Shown: positions 1 through 10,063 of the stretch, in pieces
How the letters are laid out: each line of letters opens with the position of its first letter
How positions within the stretch are numbered: the stretch's first letter is position 1
From: an uncultured Eubacteriales bacterium
GTDB taxonomy: Bacteria > Bacillota > Clostridia > HGM11514
Direction: 5' to 3'
Length of the DNA stretch: 64,000 nucleotides
Assembly (NCBI GenBank): GCA_902492655.1
Contig: CABUMF010000006.1
Location: 314-64,313, forward strand
The notes under the pieces: generated by a model
What the model was told of the DNA's origin: nothing
Seen by the model: only the letters and a program-made list of their open reading frames with translations
Database searches by the model: none
Translations under genes and position numbers: made by a program

Positions 1-1
1 A

Positions 2-520
2 AAGCATTTGCAGGAACAGCTGATGTCAAGTGTTTTCAGGATTTACACAAGCGATGATATGATAGGTGTGGAGCTTGGAGGGTCATTAAAAAATGTTATT
101 GCCCTTTGTGCCGGTATTTGTGACGGTCTCGGTTTCGGCGATAATACAAAGGCTGCACTTATGACGCGCGGTATAGCAGAGATTGCAAGGCTCGGAACAA
201 CAATGGGTGCCAGAAGAGAAACCTTTTCCGGACTTTCCGGGATAGGGGACTTGATTGTTACCTGCACAAGTATGCACAGCCGTAATCGACGCGCCGGAAT
301 ACTTATCGGAGAAGGTATGAAGGTTTCCGATGCAATAGAGAGTGTTCATATGGTTGTTGAAGGTTTCAGAACTGCCGATGCCGCTATGGCGCTTTCCAAA
401 AAATACAATGTTGAAATGCCTATTTGTGCCGAAGCATACAAGGTGTTGTTTGAGGATAAATCTCCAAAAGAAGCAGTTTATGACCTCATGCTCAGGGACA
501 AAAAATCAGAATTGGAGTGA
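2..520 (+). CDS. gpsA: NAD(P)H-dependent glycerol-3-phosphate dehydrogenase, C-terminal part (5' end upstream of window)
   Basis: Frame is open from the window edge. Translation [36 protein letters not shown]...VEGF matches the GpsA C-terminal domain. Stop at 518-520. Confidence 0.85.
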   Translation, partial: KHLQEQLMSSVFRIYTSDDMIGVELGGSLKNVIALCAGICDGLGFGDNTKAALMTRGIAEIARLGTTMGARRETFSGLSGIGDLIVTCTSMHSRNRRAGILIGEGMKVSDAIESVHMVVEGFRTADAAMALSKKYNVEMPICAEAYKVLFEDKSPKEAVYDLMLRDKKSELE

Positions 521-525
521 TTTTA

Positions 526-1962
526 ATGATAAATTACACAATGCTTGCCGATTTTTATGAATTTACTATGGCAAACGGATATTTTGAAAACGGTTGCGGC
601 TCAGAAATTGCAATTTTTGATATGTTTTTCAGAAAAGTGCCGGACGGCGGTGGTTTTGCCGTTGTTGCCGGTCTGGAGCAGCTTATAGAATATTTTAAGG
701 ATTTGAAATTTGATGATAATGATATTAGCTTTTTGAGAAGCAAAGGCATTTTTTCCGAAGAATTTCTCGATTATCTCAAAAACTTCAAATTTGAGTGTGA
801 TGTCTGGGCAATCCCCGAAGGTACTCCCGTTTTCCCGGGAGAGCCCATTGTGACTGTCAGAGGGCCTGTTATTCAGGCTCAGCTTGTTGAAACAATGGTG
901 CTTTTAACAATTAACCACCAAAGTTTGATAGCTACCAAAGCAAACAGAATTTGCCGTGCCGCAGAAGGCAGAAGCGTTATGGAATTCGGTTCGAGAAGAG
1001 CTCAGGGCTATAACGGTGCAATTATGGGAGCGAGGGCGGCTTATATCGGAGGATGCGTCGGAACTGCTTGCGCTATCTGCGAAAGGGATTACGGAATACC
1101 GGCTCTCGGAACAATGGCTCACAGTTGGATTCAGATGTTTGATACCGAGTATGATGCTTTTAAGGCATATGCTGAAAGCTATCCCGAAAATACCACTTTG
1201 CTTATTGATACATACAATGTCCTTAAATCGGGGCTTCCGAATGCAATTAAGGTATTTAAAGATGTAATTGTTCCCAAAGGCTACAGACCTGCCGGAGTAA
1301 GAATTGACAGCGGTGACATAACATATCTTACAAAAAAAATCAGAGCAAAGCTTGATGAGGAAGGCTTCCCGGACTGTAAAATTGTAGTTTCCAACTCCCT
1401 TGACGAAGACATAATCCGTGATATAATCAAGCAAGGGGCTTGCGTTGATTCCTTTGGCGTTGGCGAAAGATTGATTACATCAAAAAGCGAGCCTGTTTTC
1501 GGCGGTGTGTATAAGCTTGTGGCTGTGGAAAAGGATGGCGAGGTTGTACCTAAAATCAAGATAAGTGAAAATGTATCTAAAATAACAAATCCCGATTTCA
1601 AAAGGATTTACAGGCTGTATTCAAGAGAAAACGACAAAGCATTGGCAGATGTGTTGACCTGTCGTGATGAAGTGATTGACGATACCCAAAATTACGAGAT
1701 TTTTGACCCTCAATACACCTGGAAACGAAAAGATGTATATGATTTTTATGCAAAGGAATTGCAGGTTCCTGTTTTTGACAAGGGTAAATGCGTGTATGAG
1801 TCCCCTGATGTTCATGAAATCAAAAGGTATTGTGCGGAGCAAATCGGTCATCTGTGGGACGAGGTTCTGAGATTTGAAAATCCTCATAACTACTATGTGG
1901 ATTTGTCGCAAAAGCTTTGGGACAAAAAGAATGAATTATTAAAAAAATATTCAATAAAATAA
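526..1962 (+). CDS. pncB: nicotinate phosphoribosyltransferase
   Basis: N-terminus MINYTMLADFYEFTMANGYF and the internal GTMAHSWIQ motif are typical of NAPRTase. ATG at 526 lies 8 nt after GGAG; the ORF track GTG at 517 overlaps the gpsA stop. Confidence 0.85.
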   Translation: MINYTMLADFYEFTMANGYFENGCGSEIAIFDMFFRKVPDGGGFAVVAGLEQLIEYFKDLKFDDNDISFLRSKGIFSEEFLDYLKNFKFECDVWAIPEGTPVFPGEPIVTVRGPVIQAQLVETMVLLTINHQSLIATKANRICRAAEGRSVMEFGSRRAQGYNGAIMGARAAYIGGCVGTACAICERDYGIPALGTMAHSWIQMFDTEYDAFKAYAESYPENTTLLIDTYNVLKSGLPNAIKVFKDVIVPKGYRPAGVRIDSGDITYLTKKIRAKLDEEGFPDCKIVVSNSLDEDIIRDIIKQGACVDSFGVGERLITSKSEPVFGGVYKLVAVEKDGEVVPKIKISENVSKITNPDFKRIYRLYSRENDKALADVLTCRDEVIDDTQNYEIFDPQYTWKRKDVYDFYAKELQVPVFDKGKCVYESPDVHEIKRYCAEQIGHLWDEVLRFENPHNYYVDLSQKLWDKKNELLKKYSIK

Positions 1963-1973
1963 GGAGATTAGAA

Positions 1974-4253
1974 ATGTATAAGTTTAACAATGTAGAGAAA
2001 GAAATATCGTTTGACAAATATAACACTCCAACTCCTTGGATGAATTATTTCTCAAACGGCACATTTCACACCATGATGAGTCAGGCAGGCGGCGGTGTTG
2101 CGTTTTATAAGTCACCCCAGATTTGGAGATTGAATCACTATAGATTTTTTCACCTGCCCACTGACCGCAGCGGCTTTTACACATATATTAAGGACGGCGA
2201 AAAGTATTGGTGTCCGACAAACGAGCCATGTAAGGAAAAGCCTGAGGTTTGGAAATCCACTCACGGAATGGGCTACAGCCGTTTTGAAGCCAAGCACAAC
2301 GGCGTTTCCGCAGAAACTACATATTTTGTGGGTGAATACGCAAACTGCCTTATCTGGAACATGAAATTAAAGAGCGATACCGACAAGAAAATCACGGTAT
2401 TTCCATATGTAGAGCTCGGTATGATGGAATTTATGCGCGAGCTTCAGTGGCAGTGCTACAATAAGCATCAGATGACCGTTTACAATATGGACGATATTTT
2501 GGTGTTTAAATACGGCGTTGAAATGCAGCCAAAGCCTGACGAGACGCCCCTTGCGTATTTTGCGGCAAATGTTCCCGTTTCTGCTTTTGACTGTGACCGT
2601 GATGAATTTGTGGGCAGCTACAGAAGTGAGGAAAACCCTCAAAATGTTGAAAAGGGCTTCTGTACAAATTCAACCCTTGCAGGAGGAGATCCTTGCTTTG
2701 CGCTTCAGCTTGATATAGAGCTTAAAGCCGGTGAAGAAAAGACAGTTAATATTTTCCTCGGAACCGAAATGACGGAAAACGATATAATAAACACAGTAAA
2801 AGAGTGCAGAAAGGATGATTTTGTCAAAAAGTCATTCGACAGGCTTCATAAGCACTGGGAGGATTATCTCGGCCATTTCAGCTGTGAAATTCCTGATAAG
2901 GACGCAGAAACAATGATTAACATTTGGAATCCTTACCAGGCTGAAAGAAATTTCCTGTTTTCGAGAAATCTTTCTTACTACGCAACCGGTACATTCAGAG
3001 GAGTAGGTGTTCGTGATACGGCACAGGACATACTTTCTATGGTTCCTTTTGATACCGAAAGAGCAAAGGATAAGCTTAATCTATTGTTTACTCAGCAGTA
3101 CCGGGACGGTCACTGTAACCACTATTGTTTTCCCTATGAAGGCTGGGAACCGGTAACAAGAATTCATTCCGATAACCATTTGTGGCTCGTTATGACCTGC
3201 TACAACATAGTTATTGAAGAAGGTAAGCTGGATTATTTGGATGAAGTCGTACCCTTTTATGACGGCGGCGAGGACACGGTTTGGAATCACATTAAAAAGT
3301 CAATCGACTTTACAATGGCAAATCTCGGTTCTCATGGCTTTCCGCTTATGCTTGCCTCTGACTGGAACGATATGCTTTATAAGGTTTGCAGAGAAGGAAA
3401 GGGTGAAAGTATCTGGACTTCAATGCAGTTCGGTACGGTTCTCCCGATGATTGCAGAGCTTGCAAGACTTAAAGGTGAGGATGATTCAAAATACCTTGAG
3501 ATTTTTGATGAGCAGAAAAAGCTTGTCAATGATGTTGCTTGGGACGGTGAATGGTACAGAAGATGTATCACCGACGAAGGTAGATTTATCGGCTCAAAAG
3601 AAGAACCCCAGGCAAAAATTTGGCTTAATTCTCAAAGCTGGTCGGTTATTTCCAAAATGGGTGAGCATGGCAGTGAGGCGATGGACAGCGTTAAGAAATA
3701 TCTTGATACGGAGCTTGGAATCAAAAAAATTCATCCTTCAATGAAGGATTATCCTTCAAAAGAAGATCCTCTCACATATTACAATAAGGGATGCGGCGAA
3801 AACGGCTCTGTTTTCTGCCACGCAAATACTTGGGCAATCATTGCAGAATGTATGCTTGGAAGACCGGAAAATGCTTATAAGTATTATCATCAGCTCCTTC
3901 CTATGGTTGCTCAGGAAAAAGCAGGGGAATGGAGATACAAGGCTGAACCCTATGTTTATGCATCTAACATTTTCGGCCCCGAAAGCGATAAATTCGGGCT
4001 TGCCAATGTTAGCTGGCTTACGGGTACCGCCGCATGGATGTATATTGCCGCAACGCAGTATATTTTAGGTGTAAAGGCAAAATGGGACGGTCTTGAAATA
4101 AATCCATGTCTGCCAAAAGAGTGGAAAGAGGTAAAAATTTCAAGAGTTTTCAGGGGCGTAAGATACAACATCACCGTTAAAAACGGAGGAAAGAAAACTT
4201 TTATTCCGTTCGATTCTTCCGAAAAAACAGTAGATATTATTATTGAAAATTAG
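1974..4253 (+). CDS. GH94-family glycoside phosphorylase (cellobiose/chitobiose phosphorylase-like)
   Basis: 759 aa. N-terminal TPTPWMNYFSNG...AGGGVAFYKSP...RFFHLPTDRSGFYTYIKDG resembles cellobiose phosphorylase. SDWND catalytic-Asp motif and ENGSVFCHANTWAIIAE phosphate-site motif are present. AAGGAG RBS. Confidence 0.7.
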   Translation: MYKFNNVEKEISFDKYNTPTPWMNYFSNGTFHTMMSQAGGGVAFYKSPQIWRLNHYRFFHLPTDRSGFYTYIKDGEKYWCPTNEPCKEKPEVWKSTHGMGYSRFEAKHNGVSAETTYFVGEYANCLIWNMKLKSDTDKKITVFPYVELGMMEFMRELQWQCYNKHQMTVYNMDDILVFKYGVEMQPKPDETPLAYFAANVPVSAFDCDRDEFVGSYRSEENPQNVEKGFCTNSTLAGGDPCFALQLDIELKAGEEKTVNIFLGTEMTENDIINTVKECRKDDFVKKSFDRLHKHWEDYLGHFSCEIPDKDAETMINIWNPYQAERNFLFSRNLSYYATGTFRGVGVRDTAQDILSMVPFDTERAKDKLNLLFTQQYRDGHCNHYCFPYEGWEPVTRIHSDNHLWLVMTCYNIVIEEGKLDYLDEVVPFYDGGEDTVWNHIKKSIDFTMANLGSHGFPLMLASDWNDMLYKVCREGKGESIWTSMQFGTVLPMIAELARLKGEDDSKYLEIFDEQKKLVNDVAWDGEWYRRCITDEGRFIGSKEEPQAKIWLNSQSWSVISKMGEHGSEAMDSVKKYLDTELGIKKIHPSMKDYPSKEDPLTYYNKGCGENGSVFCHANTWAIIAECMLGRPENAYKYYHQLLPMVAQEKAGEWRYKAEPYVYASNIFGPESDKFGLANVSWLTGTAAWMYIAATQYILGVKAKWDGLEINPCLPKEWKEVKISRVFRGVRYNITVKNGGKKTFIPFDSSEKTVDIIIEN

Positions 4254-4261
4254 GTGAATAC

Positions 4262-4771
4262 ATGGAAATGTATGATTCAGGAAGCGCATTTATTGAATAT
4301 GTTGTCAAGAAAAAGCTGACAGTTAAAGAGGTTTTTATTCGCACACTTATAGTTTTGGTTGCATTGGTAGTTTTTTGGCTGAGTCTTGCTGTAAACTTGG
4401 GTATGCTCGGTATTATTGTGTCCGTTTGGTTTTCTTATTTTTTTATTTCCCAAAGACGCATCGAGTTTGAGTATGCCTTAAAGGGAGAAATCCTCGATGT
4501 TTATAAGATTATGTCAAAAAGCCGTAGGAGAAAGCTCATTCCGTTAGAGCTTTCAAGGCTGGAGAAGTTTGGGAAAATCGGGGATGTTGAATATAATCAC
4601 CAGCTTAATATCAAAACCAAGGTGCTTGATTTTTCCTCGGGTGATAAAAAGAAAACTGACAGAATGTATTATTGCGTAGTTACAAGACCGAAGGGTAAGT
4701 ATATGGTTATCATTGAGCCTGACGACAGAATATTAGAGGCTGTTAGTGCGATTATTCCGAAATATTTATAA
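4262..4771 (+). CDS. hypothetical membrane protein (two predicted TM helices, basic C-terminal domain)
   Basis: 169-aa ORF with AGGTGA RBS. Hydrophobic stretch LIVLVALVVFWLSLAVNLGMLGIIVSVWFSYFFI. No family recognised by eye. Confidence 0.5.
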   Translation: MEMYDSGSAFIEYVVKKKLTVKEVFIRTLIVLVALVVFWLSLAVNLGMLGIIVSVWFSYFFISQRRIEFEYALKGEILDVYKIMSKSRRRKLIPLELSRLEKFGKIGDVEYNHQLNIKTKVLDFSSGDKKKTDRMYYCVVTRPKGKYMVIIEPDDRILEAVSAIIPKYL

Positions 4772-4786
4772 TCGGGAGGGATTGTT

Positions 4787-6295
4787 ATGAAACTTGTTAC
4801 CGCATCCGAAATGATGAATGCCGACCGCTCCATGGCGGAAAACTATGATTATCCAACGCTTTTGCTTATGGAGCACGCCGCACAAGCCGTTTTTTCTGAA
4901 ATGCAAAAGCGCAATCTGTGCAGTAAAAGGATAGCTGTAGTTTGCGGCAAGGGTAATAACGGCGGTGACGGATATGCCCTCGCAAGAATGCTTTTTGAAA
5001 GCGGTGCCGATGTTAAAATAATCAATGCATTTTCTATGATGCCTAAAGGTATGGACGCCGAAGTAAACTACCGTATTTGCAGAAAAACCGGTGTAAGGTT
5101 TGCCGAAGCATCTTATATTGATGAGGCGGATGTTATTGTCGATGCACTTTTCGGTATCGGCATGAATAATCGCCTGAATGATTTTTGCGGCGAGATTATT
5201 ACAAGAATTAACAATTCAGATGCTTATGTTGTTGCGATAGATTTGCCAAGCGGAGCATACGGTGATTATTGCGTTCAGCAGAACACCTGCGTTAAAGCGG
5301 ATTTGACCGTGACCTTTGCCGCAATGAAGAATGCTCTTGTGTTCTTTCCGTCAGCGCTTTACGCCGGTGAGGTGGTTTGCCGTGACATCGGAATTATAGA
5401 TGAATGTATGGATTCAGACAAGTTTATTATTGACAAGCCGCTTGTCAGCGGTTTATTGCCAAAAAGAAGGGCGGACGGACATAAGGGAACCTTTGGGAAG
5501 CTTGTGTGCATAGCGGGTTCTCCCGGGCTTTCAGGTGCCGCTTATATGTGCTCCGAAGCTGCGTTACGCTCAGGATGCGGACTTGTTAAGCTTTATGTTC
5601 CGGAGAGTATTTCTGAAATCATGGAACAAAAAACAACAGAGGTTATGACTTATGCACTGCCCTCAGGCGGTGACGGATTAATTTCTAGCGCATCTACTGA
5701 AATTACAGCAGCGTCGCTTGCCTGCGACGCTGTGCTGTTCGGCTGCGGTATCGGAAGAAACGATGAGGTTTCAGACGCACTTCAGGCTTTAATAACCACG
5801 ACAAATGTTCCAGTTATAATTGACGCGGACGGGCTTTTTGCTCTCTCAAAGAATTTAGATATTTTGGAGGAGAAGACCTGCCCCGTAATCCTTACTCCTC
5901 ACCTTGGCGAAATGGCAAGGCTGTCGGGCGATACCCAAGAGGAGCTTGCAGAGAAGCCTCTTTTATGCGCATCGAGGTTCGCTGTTAAGAACGGTGTAAC
6001 ACTTGTCATGAAGTCCGCTCGAACTGTAGTTGCTTCTCCTGACGGAAGGGTATTTGTTAATATTATGGGTAATTCGGGGCTTGCAAAGGGCGGAAGCGGT
6101 GACTGCCTTGCAGGGATTATAGCTTCCCTTGTCGCACAAGGCGCCGACGCTCTTTCTGCGGCAGTTTGCGGCGTTGCTGTCCATGCGCTTGCGGGCGATA
6201 TTTCAAAAGATAAAAAGGGTAGCGAATATTCATTTACTCCTACTGACATAATTGATAATCTTGGATTTGCATTTTCGGAGTTTGAGGAGTTGTAA
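4787..6295 (+). CDS. nnr: bifunctional NAD(P)H-hydrate repair enzyme (epimerase / ADP-dependent dehydratase)
   Basis: N-terminal YjeF_N motif CGKGNNGGDGYA and a C-terminal carbohydrate-kinase-like domain (HKGTFGKL...GSGDCLAG). GGGAGG RBS. Confidence 0.85.
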   Translation: MKLVTASEMMNADRSMAENYDYPTLLLMEHAAQAVFSEMQKRNLCSKRIAVVCGKGNNGGDGYALARMLFESGADVKIINAFSMMPKGMDAEVNYRICRKTGVRFAEASYIDEADVIVDALFGIGMNNRLNDFCGEIITRINNSDAYVVAIDLPSGAYGDYCVQQNTCVKADLTVTFAAMKNALVFFPSALYAGEVVCRDIGIIDECMDSDKFIIDKPLVSGLLPKRRADGHKGTFGKLVCIAGSPGLSGAAYMCSEAALRSGCGLVKLYVPESISEIMEQKTTEVMTYALPSGGDGLISSASTEITAASLACDAVLFGCGIGRNDEVSDALQALITTTNVPVIIDADGLFALSKNLDILEEKTCPVILTPHLGEMARLSGDTQEELAEKPLLCASRFAVKNGVTLVMKSARTVVASPDGRVFVNIMGNSGLAKGGSGDCLAGIIASLVAQGADALSAAVCGVAVHALAGDISKDKKGSEYSFTPTDIIDNLGFAFSEFEEL

Positions 6296-6299
6296 AATT

Positions 6300-7460
6300 T
6301 TGCAAAGAGTAATTTCTGAAATAAATCTTGATGCGTTAGAGCATAATTTTAATATAATTAAAAACCGCACTAAAAGTAAAATAATGTGCGTTGTAAAAGC
6401 GAATGCATACGGACACGGCGTAGCTCAAATTGCGCCTTTTCTTGATAAACTCGGTGCGGATGCTTTTGCTGTTGCGGATATTGACGAAGGAATAGAATTA
6501 AGAAACTGCGGTGTTAAAAAGCCTTGCCTTGTTCTCGGATATTCCGATGAACCCGAAAAGGCTGTTGAGTACGACATAATGCCTGCGATTTTTGATTTAA
6601 ATACGGCTCAAAAGCTGTCACATGCTGCCGTAAAGTGCGGTAAAACCGCGAAAATTCATATAGCGCTTGACACGGGTATGTCACGAATCGGATTTAATAT
6701 TAATAATATGAATGACAGTGGGGAAGTTATTGAACAGATAAAAAGCATTAATAAGCTGCCGGGGATAATTATTGACGGCATATTTTCTCATTTTACCACT
6801 GCCGATGAAGAAGATACGAGATACACCGACAGGCAGTTTAATCTTTTTATGGATTTTGTTGACAGGATTGAAGCATCGGGCATTAAAATTCCCACAAAAC
6901 ATATATCAAACAGCGCCGCTACAATGATGTATCCTAATATGCACCTTGATATGGTTCGACCCGGAATAATACTATACGGGCTTGCTCCGTCAGAATATCT
7001 TAATAAGAAAAATTTTGGGTTTATGCCCGTTATGACGCTTAAAGCTAAGGTTTCGAGAGTTGAAAATCTTTCCGAAGGCATCTGTGTAGGATACGGAAAT
7101 ACTTTTGTTACACCGCATCCTATGCGTGTGGCAACAGTAGGAATAGGATATGCGGACGGATATTTCCGCACCTTCTCGGGGAAAGCCTGTGCCGTATATA
7201 GCGGTCATAAAGTTAAAAATATCGGCAGAATTTGTATGGATCAATGTATGTTTGATGTAAGTTCTGTCAACAATATTGGTGTAGGGGATTACCTCACGCT
7301 GTTCGGTACCGATTTGACGGCAGATTCTTTAGCGGAAGTCGCAGGAACAATAGGCTACGAGCTGGTCTGCGCTGTCGGACGGAGAGTACCGAGGATTTAT
7401 TTGCAGCACGGCAAAAAATGCTCCGAGCAAAATTATTTGTTGGAAAACATTGTTCGTTGA
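6300..7460 (+). CDS. alr: alanine racemase
   Basis: VVKANAYGHG PLP-lysine motif and C-terminal domain RICMDQCMFDV. TTG at 6300 preceded by GAGGAG is preferred over the track ATG at 6252, which overlaps nnr by 44 nt. Confidence 0.85.
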   Translation: MQRVISEINLDALEHNFNIIKNRTKSKIMCVVKANAYGHGVAQIAPFLDKLGADAFAVADIDEGIELRNCGVKKPCLVLGYSDEPEKAVEYDIMPAIFDLNTAQKLSHAAVKCGKTAKIHIALDTGMSRIGFNINNMNDSGEVIEQIKSINKLPGIIIDGIFSHFTTADEEDTRYTDRQFNLFMDFVDRIEASGIKIPTKHISNSAATMMYPNMHLDMVRPGIILYGLAPSEYLNKKNFGFMPVMTLKAKVSRVENLSEGICVGYGNTFVTPHPMRVATVGIGYADGYFRTFSGKACAVYSGHKVKNIGRICMDQCMFDVSSVNNIGVGDYLTLFGTDLTADSLAEVAGTIGYELVCAVGRRVPRIYLQHGKKCSEQNYLLENIVR

Positions 7461-7485
7461 CTTTTTTTGTGTTATGTTGTATAAT
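7457..7485 (+). promoter_or_regulatory. sigma-A type promoter for mazE-mazF (TTGACT-17 nt-TATAAT)
   Basis: Read directly from the sequence. The -35 overlaps the alr stop codon. Spacer is 17 nt. Confidence 0.5.
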
Positions 7486-7547
7486 AAATCTGTACTTATA
7501 GTGTAGATATAAATAGAATTACACTTTGAAGTAACAGTATTGGGGGC

Positions 7548-7820
7548 TTGGTTGTTTTGGCACACAAAATCACTATTACGCTGCCTGATGAAAGCTATTC
7601 GGCTCTTTCGGAAATGGCGAAACAGTCCGATACCTCGGATGATGTTTTGGCAGCAAAAGCCGTTGAGATTTATATACGCAGAAATCGTGAACTGTTTTGC
7701 GCAATGCAGAAAGGTTATGAAGAAATGGGTGACATAAATCTCGAAATTGCTGAGGAGTTTTTGGCAGCCGACAATGAATTGTTATTGCAATATGAGGAAA
7801 AACTTTCGGAGTGTGAATAG
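7548..7820 (+). CDS. mazE: MazE/EndoAI-type antitoxin (ribbon-helix-helix)
   Basis: 90 aa. ITITLPDE...[13 protein letters not shown]-like N-terminus plus [18 protein letters not shown], similar to B. subtilis EndoAI (YdcD). Lies directly upstream of mazF and downstream of alr, as in Bacillus. Confidence 0.7.
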   Translation: MVVLAHKITITLPDESYSALSEMAKQSDTSDDVLAAKAVEIYIRRNRELFCAMQKGYEEMGDINLEIAEEFLAADNELLLQYEEKLSECE

Positions 7821-7822
7821 AA

Positions 7823-8173
7823 TTGGTTGTAAAACGAGGAGATCTTTTTTACGCTGATTTGAGTCCGGTTGTTGGTTCGGAACAGGGCGGAATACGACCT
7901 GTTTTGGTTATTCAGAACGATGTTGGAAATAAATACAGCCCAACTGTTATAACCGCCGCAGTGACCTCTAAAATCAATAAGGCAAAGCTGCCCACTCATA
8001 TCGAACTTGATGCAAAGTCCTTTGGGCTTGCAAAAAATTCGGTTGTTATGGTGGAGCAGATAAGAACAATTGATAAACAAAGACTGAAAGAAAAAATAGG
8101 GCACCTTGATGAAAATGCAATGAAAAGCGTTGAAACTGCAATATTGGTAAGCTTTGGTTTGTCCGATTTTTAG
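7823..8173 (+). CDS. mazF: MazF/EndoA (PemK-family) mRNA interferase toxin
   Basis: [31 protein letters not shown]...KLPTHIELD...[12 protein letters not shown] is nearly collinear with B. subtilis EndoA. TTG start. Confidence 0.9.
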   Translation: MVVKRGDLFYADLSPVVGSEQGGIRPVLVIQNDVGNKYSPTVITAAVTSKINKAKLPTHIELDAKSFGLAKNSVVMVEQIRTIDKQRLKEKIGHLDENAMKSVETAILVSFGLSDF

Positions 8174-8201
8174 GTATGCCTTACATAGGCATACTTTTTT
8201 T
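8174..8201 (+). terminator. rho-independent terminator after mazF
   Basis: GTATGCCT-TACAT-AGGCATAC hairpin followed by T7. Confidence 0.75.
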
Positions 8202-8212
8202 GCCGAAATCTA

Positions 8213-8241
8213 TTGACAAAATATAAAAAACATTGTATAAT
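8213..8241 (+). promoter_or_regulatory. consensus sigma-A promoter for tRNA-Thr (TTGACA-17 nt-TATAAT)
   Basis: Perfect -35 and -10 hexamers with a 17-nt spacer, 14 nt upstream of the tRNA 5' end. Confidence 0.6.
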
Positions 8242-8254
8242 ATTAAAGGTCGTT

Positions 8255-8327
8255 GCCGGTATAGCTCAGTTGGTAGAGCAGCTCATTCGTAATGAGCAGG
8301 TCGCAGGTTCGAGTCCCGTTACCGGCT
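8255..8327 (+). tRNA. tRNA-Thr (anticodon CGU)
   Basis: Cloverleaf read by eye: acceptor GCCGGTA/TACCGGC, D-arm AGCTCAGTTGGTAGAGC, anticodon stem GCTCA/TGAGC with loop TTCGTAA, T-arm GCAGGTTCGAGTCCCGT. CCA is not encoded. Confidence 0.9.
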
Positions 8328-8335
8328 TGAAATAA

Positions 8336-8369
8336 AACCCTCAAGGCTGTCATAAACCTTGAGGGTTTT
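8336..8369. terminator. bidirectional rho-independent terminator (tRNA-Thr / convergent araC-family gene)
   Basis: AACCCTCAAGG-10 nt loop-CCTTGAGGGTT. T-rich tracts on both sides. Confidence 0.7.
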
Positions 8370-8409
8370 GCTTTATATTGGTTTAATAGAAACTCTTATA
8401 CTTTTTTGG

Positions 8410-9255
8410 TTAGTATTGTTGTTTGGCGTATTTGATTGGTGAAATTCCTGTTTTTTTCTTAAAATATCGCGAAAAATAGTTGCTGTCGCCAAAACCGCAG
8501 GAATGGGCGATTTCGGATATGTCTGTAAAACCTGACTCAATTAGGGATATTGATTTTAGTATCCTCAACTCCAACACATATCCGTGTAATGATTTGCCGG
8601 TATGTTTTTTGAATTCCGAATTTATATAGTTAGAATGGAAGTGGAATATTTTAGATAACTCCGTATTATCCAGTTCTTCGCAATAATGATTTTGAACATA
8701 CTCAATTATATTTTCCACATTTAAACCATCTTTTTTTGGAGTTCGTTTTTCTGATTTTTGTGCCGCTTTAAGAAGAACAAGTGATAATTCTATCGAAGTA
8801 TTGAGTCTGTAGAACGGCATTTTTTTTTCATAGGTATCCATTATTTTGATAAAATGCTGCCGAAGCGAATAACAATCGGGAAGAAAACAGTAATTATCAA
8901 AGCATGGAGCATCTGAAAATGATACTTTCTCAAACGGAGTTTTTCCTCCCATGTTCTTTATGTTTACCGGAGGTATTGGGGCTTCAAAAGCGGAAAATCT
9001 TTGAGTGAAATCAAAGTTAATGGCATTGTAAACAGTATTTGCCGGCAAAATTCGGTAGTTTTGTCCTGAGTTGATAAAAAGCAAACTGTAAGCAGGCATA
9101 ACAAAGGTTTTGTCATTTACCATTATTTTACCCTCACCGCTTTCAACGAAAAACAGCCGTGCATCTATCGGGCAACATTCTGAAAATTGCGAATGTTCTT
9201 GAATTGTTAAGAATCTCGAAAACCTTACAAATGGATTAATATCTTTCAGTTCCAT
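8410..9255 (-). CDS. AraC-family transcriptional regulator (cupin sensor + HTH)
   Basis: C-terminal AraC HTH (SEIAHSCGFGDSNYFSRYFKKKTGISP). Start placed at MELKDINPF; the longer track ORF to 9324 overlaps the upstream gene. Confidence 0.75.
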   Translation of the reverse strand: MELKDINPFVRFSRFLTIQEHSQFSECCPIDARLFFVESGEGKIMVNDKTFVMPAYSLLFINSGQNYRILPANTVYNAINFDFTQRFSAFEAPIPPVNIKNMGGKTPFEKVSFSDAPCFDNYCFLPDCYSLRQHFIKIMDTYEKKMPFYRLNTSIELSLVLLKAAQKSEKRTPKKDGLNVENIIEYVQNHYCEELDNTELSKIFHFHSNYINSEFKKHTGKSLHGYVLELRILKSISLIESGFTDISEIAHSCGFGDSNYFSRYFKKKTGISPIKYAKQQY

Positions 9256-9997
9256 TACAAGCCCTTTCTTCTTCTCTGTTCCACATGGTATCGGAATTGT
9301 TATTAAAATCATTCTTTTCACCAATCAATAAGCTAAACAGCTTATCTGCAAACAGCTTGTGCATTTCTCTTGTAGGATGATTGATGCGGTTCTCCAAAAG
9401 CATTGTGGTATCGGTTGTTTTATTTAACTTCTTCCACTCATAATAACAATCACAAACAGATATTCCCATTTCTTTTGCCAGATTGACGCTGTTTTCCATA
9501 AACAAATCCATTTTTCCGGAATTTTGAAATTCGGCTGTTTTTGCGGCATACTCAAGATACTGTTTGCTTGTATCGGGTGCAACATAAGTGTTCAGCATAT
9601 TAGGCGTCATAAAAACAGTATCAATACCTTTTTCGATGCATTTTGTGAAGATTGTATTCAGAGAAGTGATATAATCTTCCAAGCTGCCGTTAACATCGTT
9701 TAAACCGAAACAAACAATAATCAAATCCGGATTGTGAGCTAAAACCTGTTTGTCCAATCGGCATAGGGAGCTTTTTGCAGTTGTTCCGCCGATTCCGGCA
9801 TTGATTATGTTTACAGGGACATAATTTCTGACTTCGTTCAGTCTTTTTTTTAGTATATTCCAATATACTGCTTCATAATCTATTTCACCCGGACCAAACG
9901 CACCATGGGTTATACTGTCACCGAAAACAACTATTGTGATTGGACCGTTTTCCATAAGTTGTTCTATATTCATGTTAAGCTTGTCTTTAATTTTCAT
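9236..9997 (-). CDS. SGNH/GDSL-family hydrolase (esterase/lipase-like)
   Basis: Block I IVVFGDSITHG, block II GIGG, block III FGLND. Confidence 0.75.
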   Translation of the reverse strand: MKIKDKLNMNIEQLMENGPITIVVFGDSITHGAFGPGEIDYEAVYWNILKKRLNEVRNYVPVNIINAGIGGTTAKSSLCRLDKQVLAHNPDLIIVCFGLNDVNGSLEDYITSLNTIFTKCIEKGIDTVFMTPNMLNTYVAPDTSKQYLEYAAKTAEFQNSGKMDLFMENSVNLAKEMGISVCDCYYEWKKLNKTTDTTMLLENRINHPTREMHKLFADKLFSLLIGEKNDFNNNSDTMWNREEERACNGTERY

Positions 9998-10063
9998 TTA
10001 AGCCATCTCCGCAACAAACAGTGTATCATATTTAAATACTTGTATCAATAATATATTGCACAA

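Noticed and set aside
7457-8173. mazEF toxin-antitoxin pair as a candidate novel defence element.
   Set aside because: It is the canonical alr-linked EndoAI/EndoA (ydcD-ydcE type) module, nearly collinear with the B. subtilis proteins. It is conserved core-genome context, not an island.
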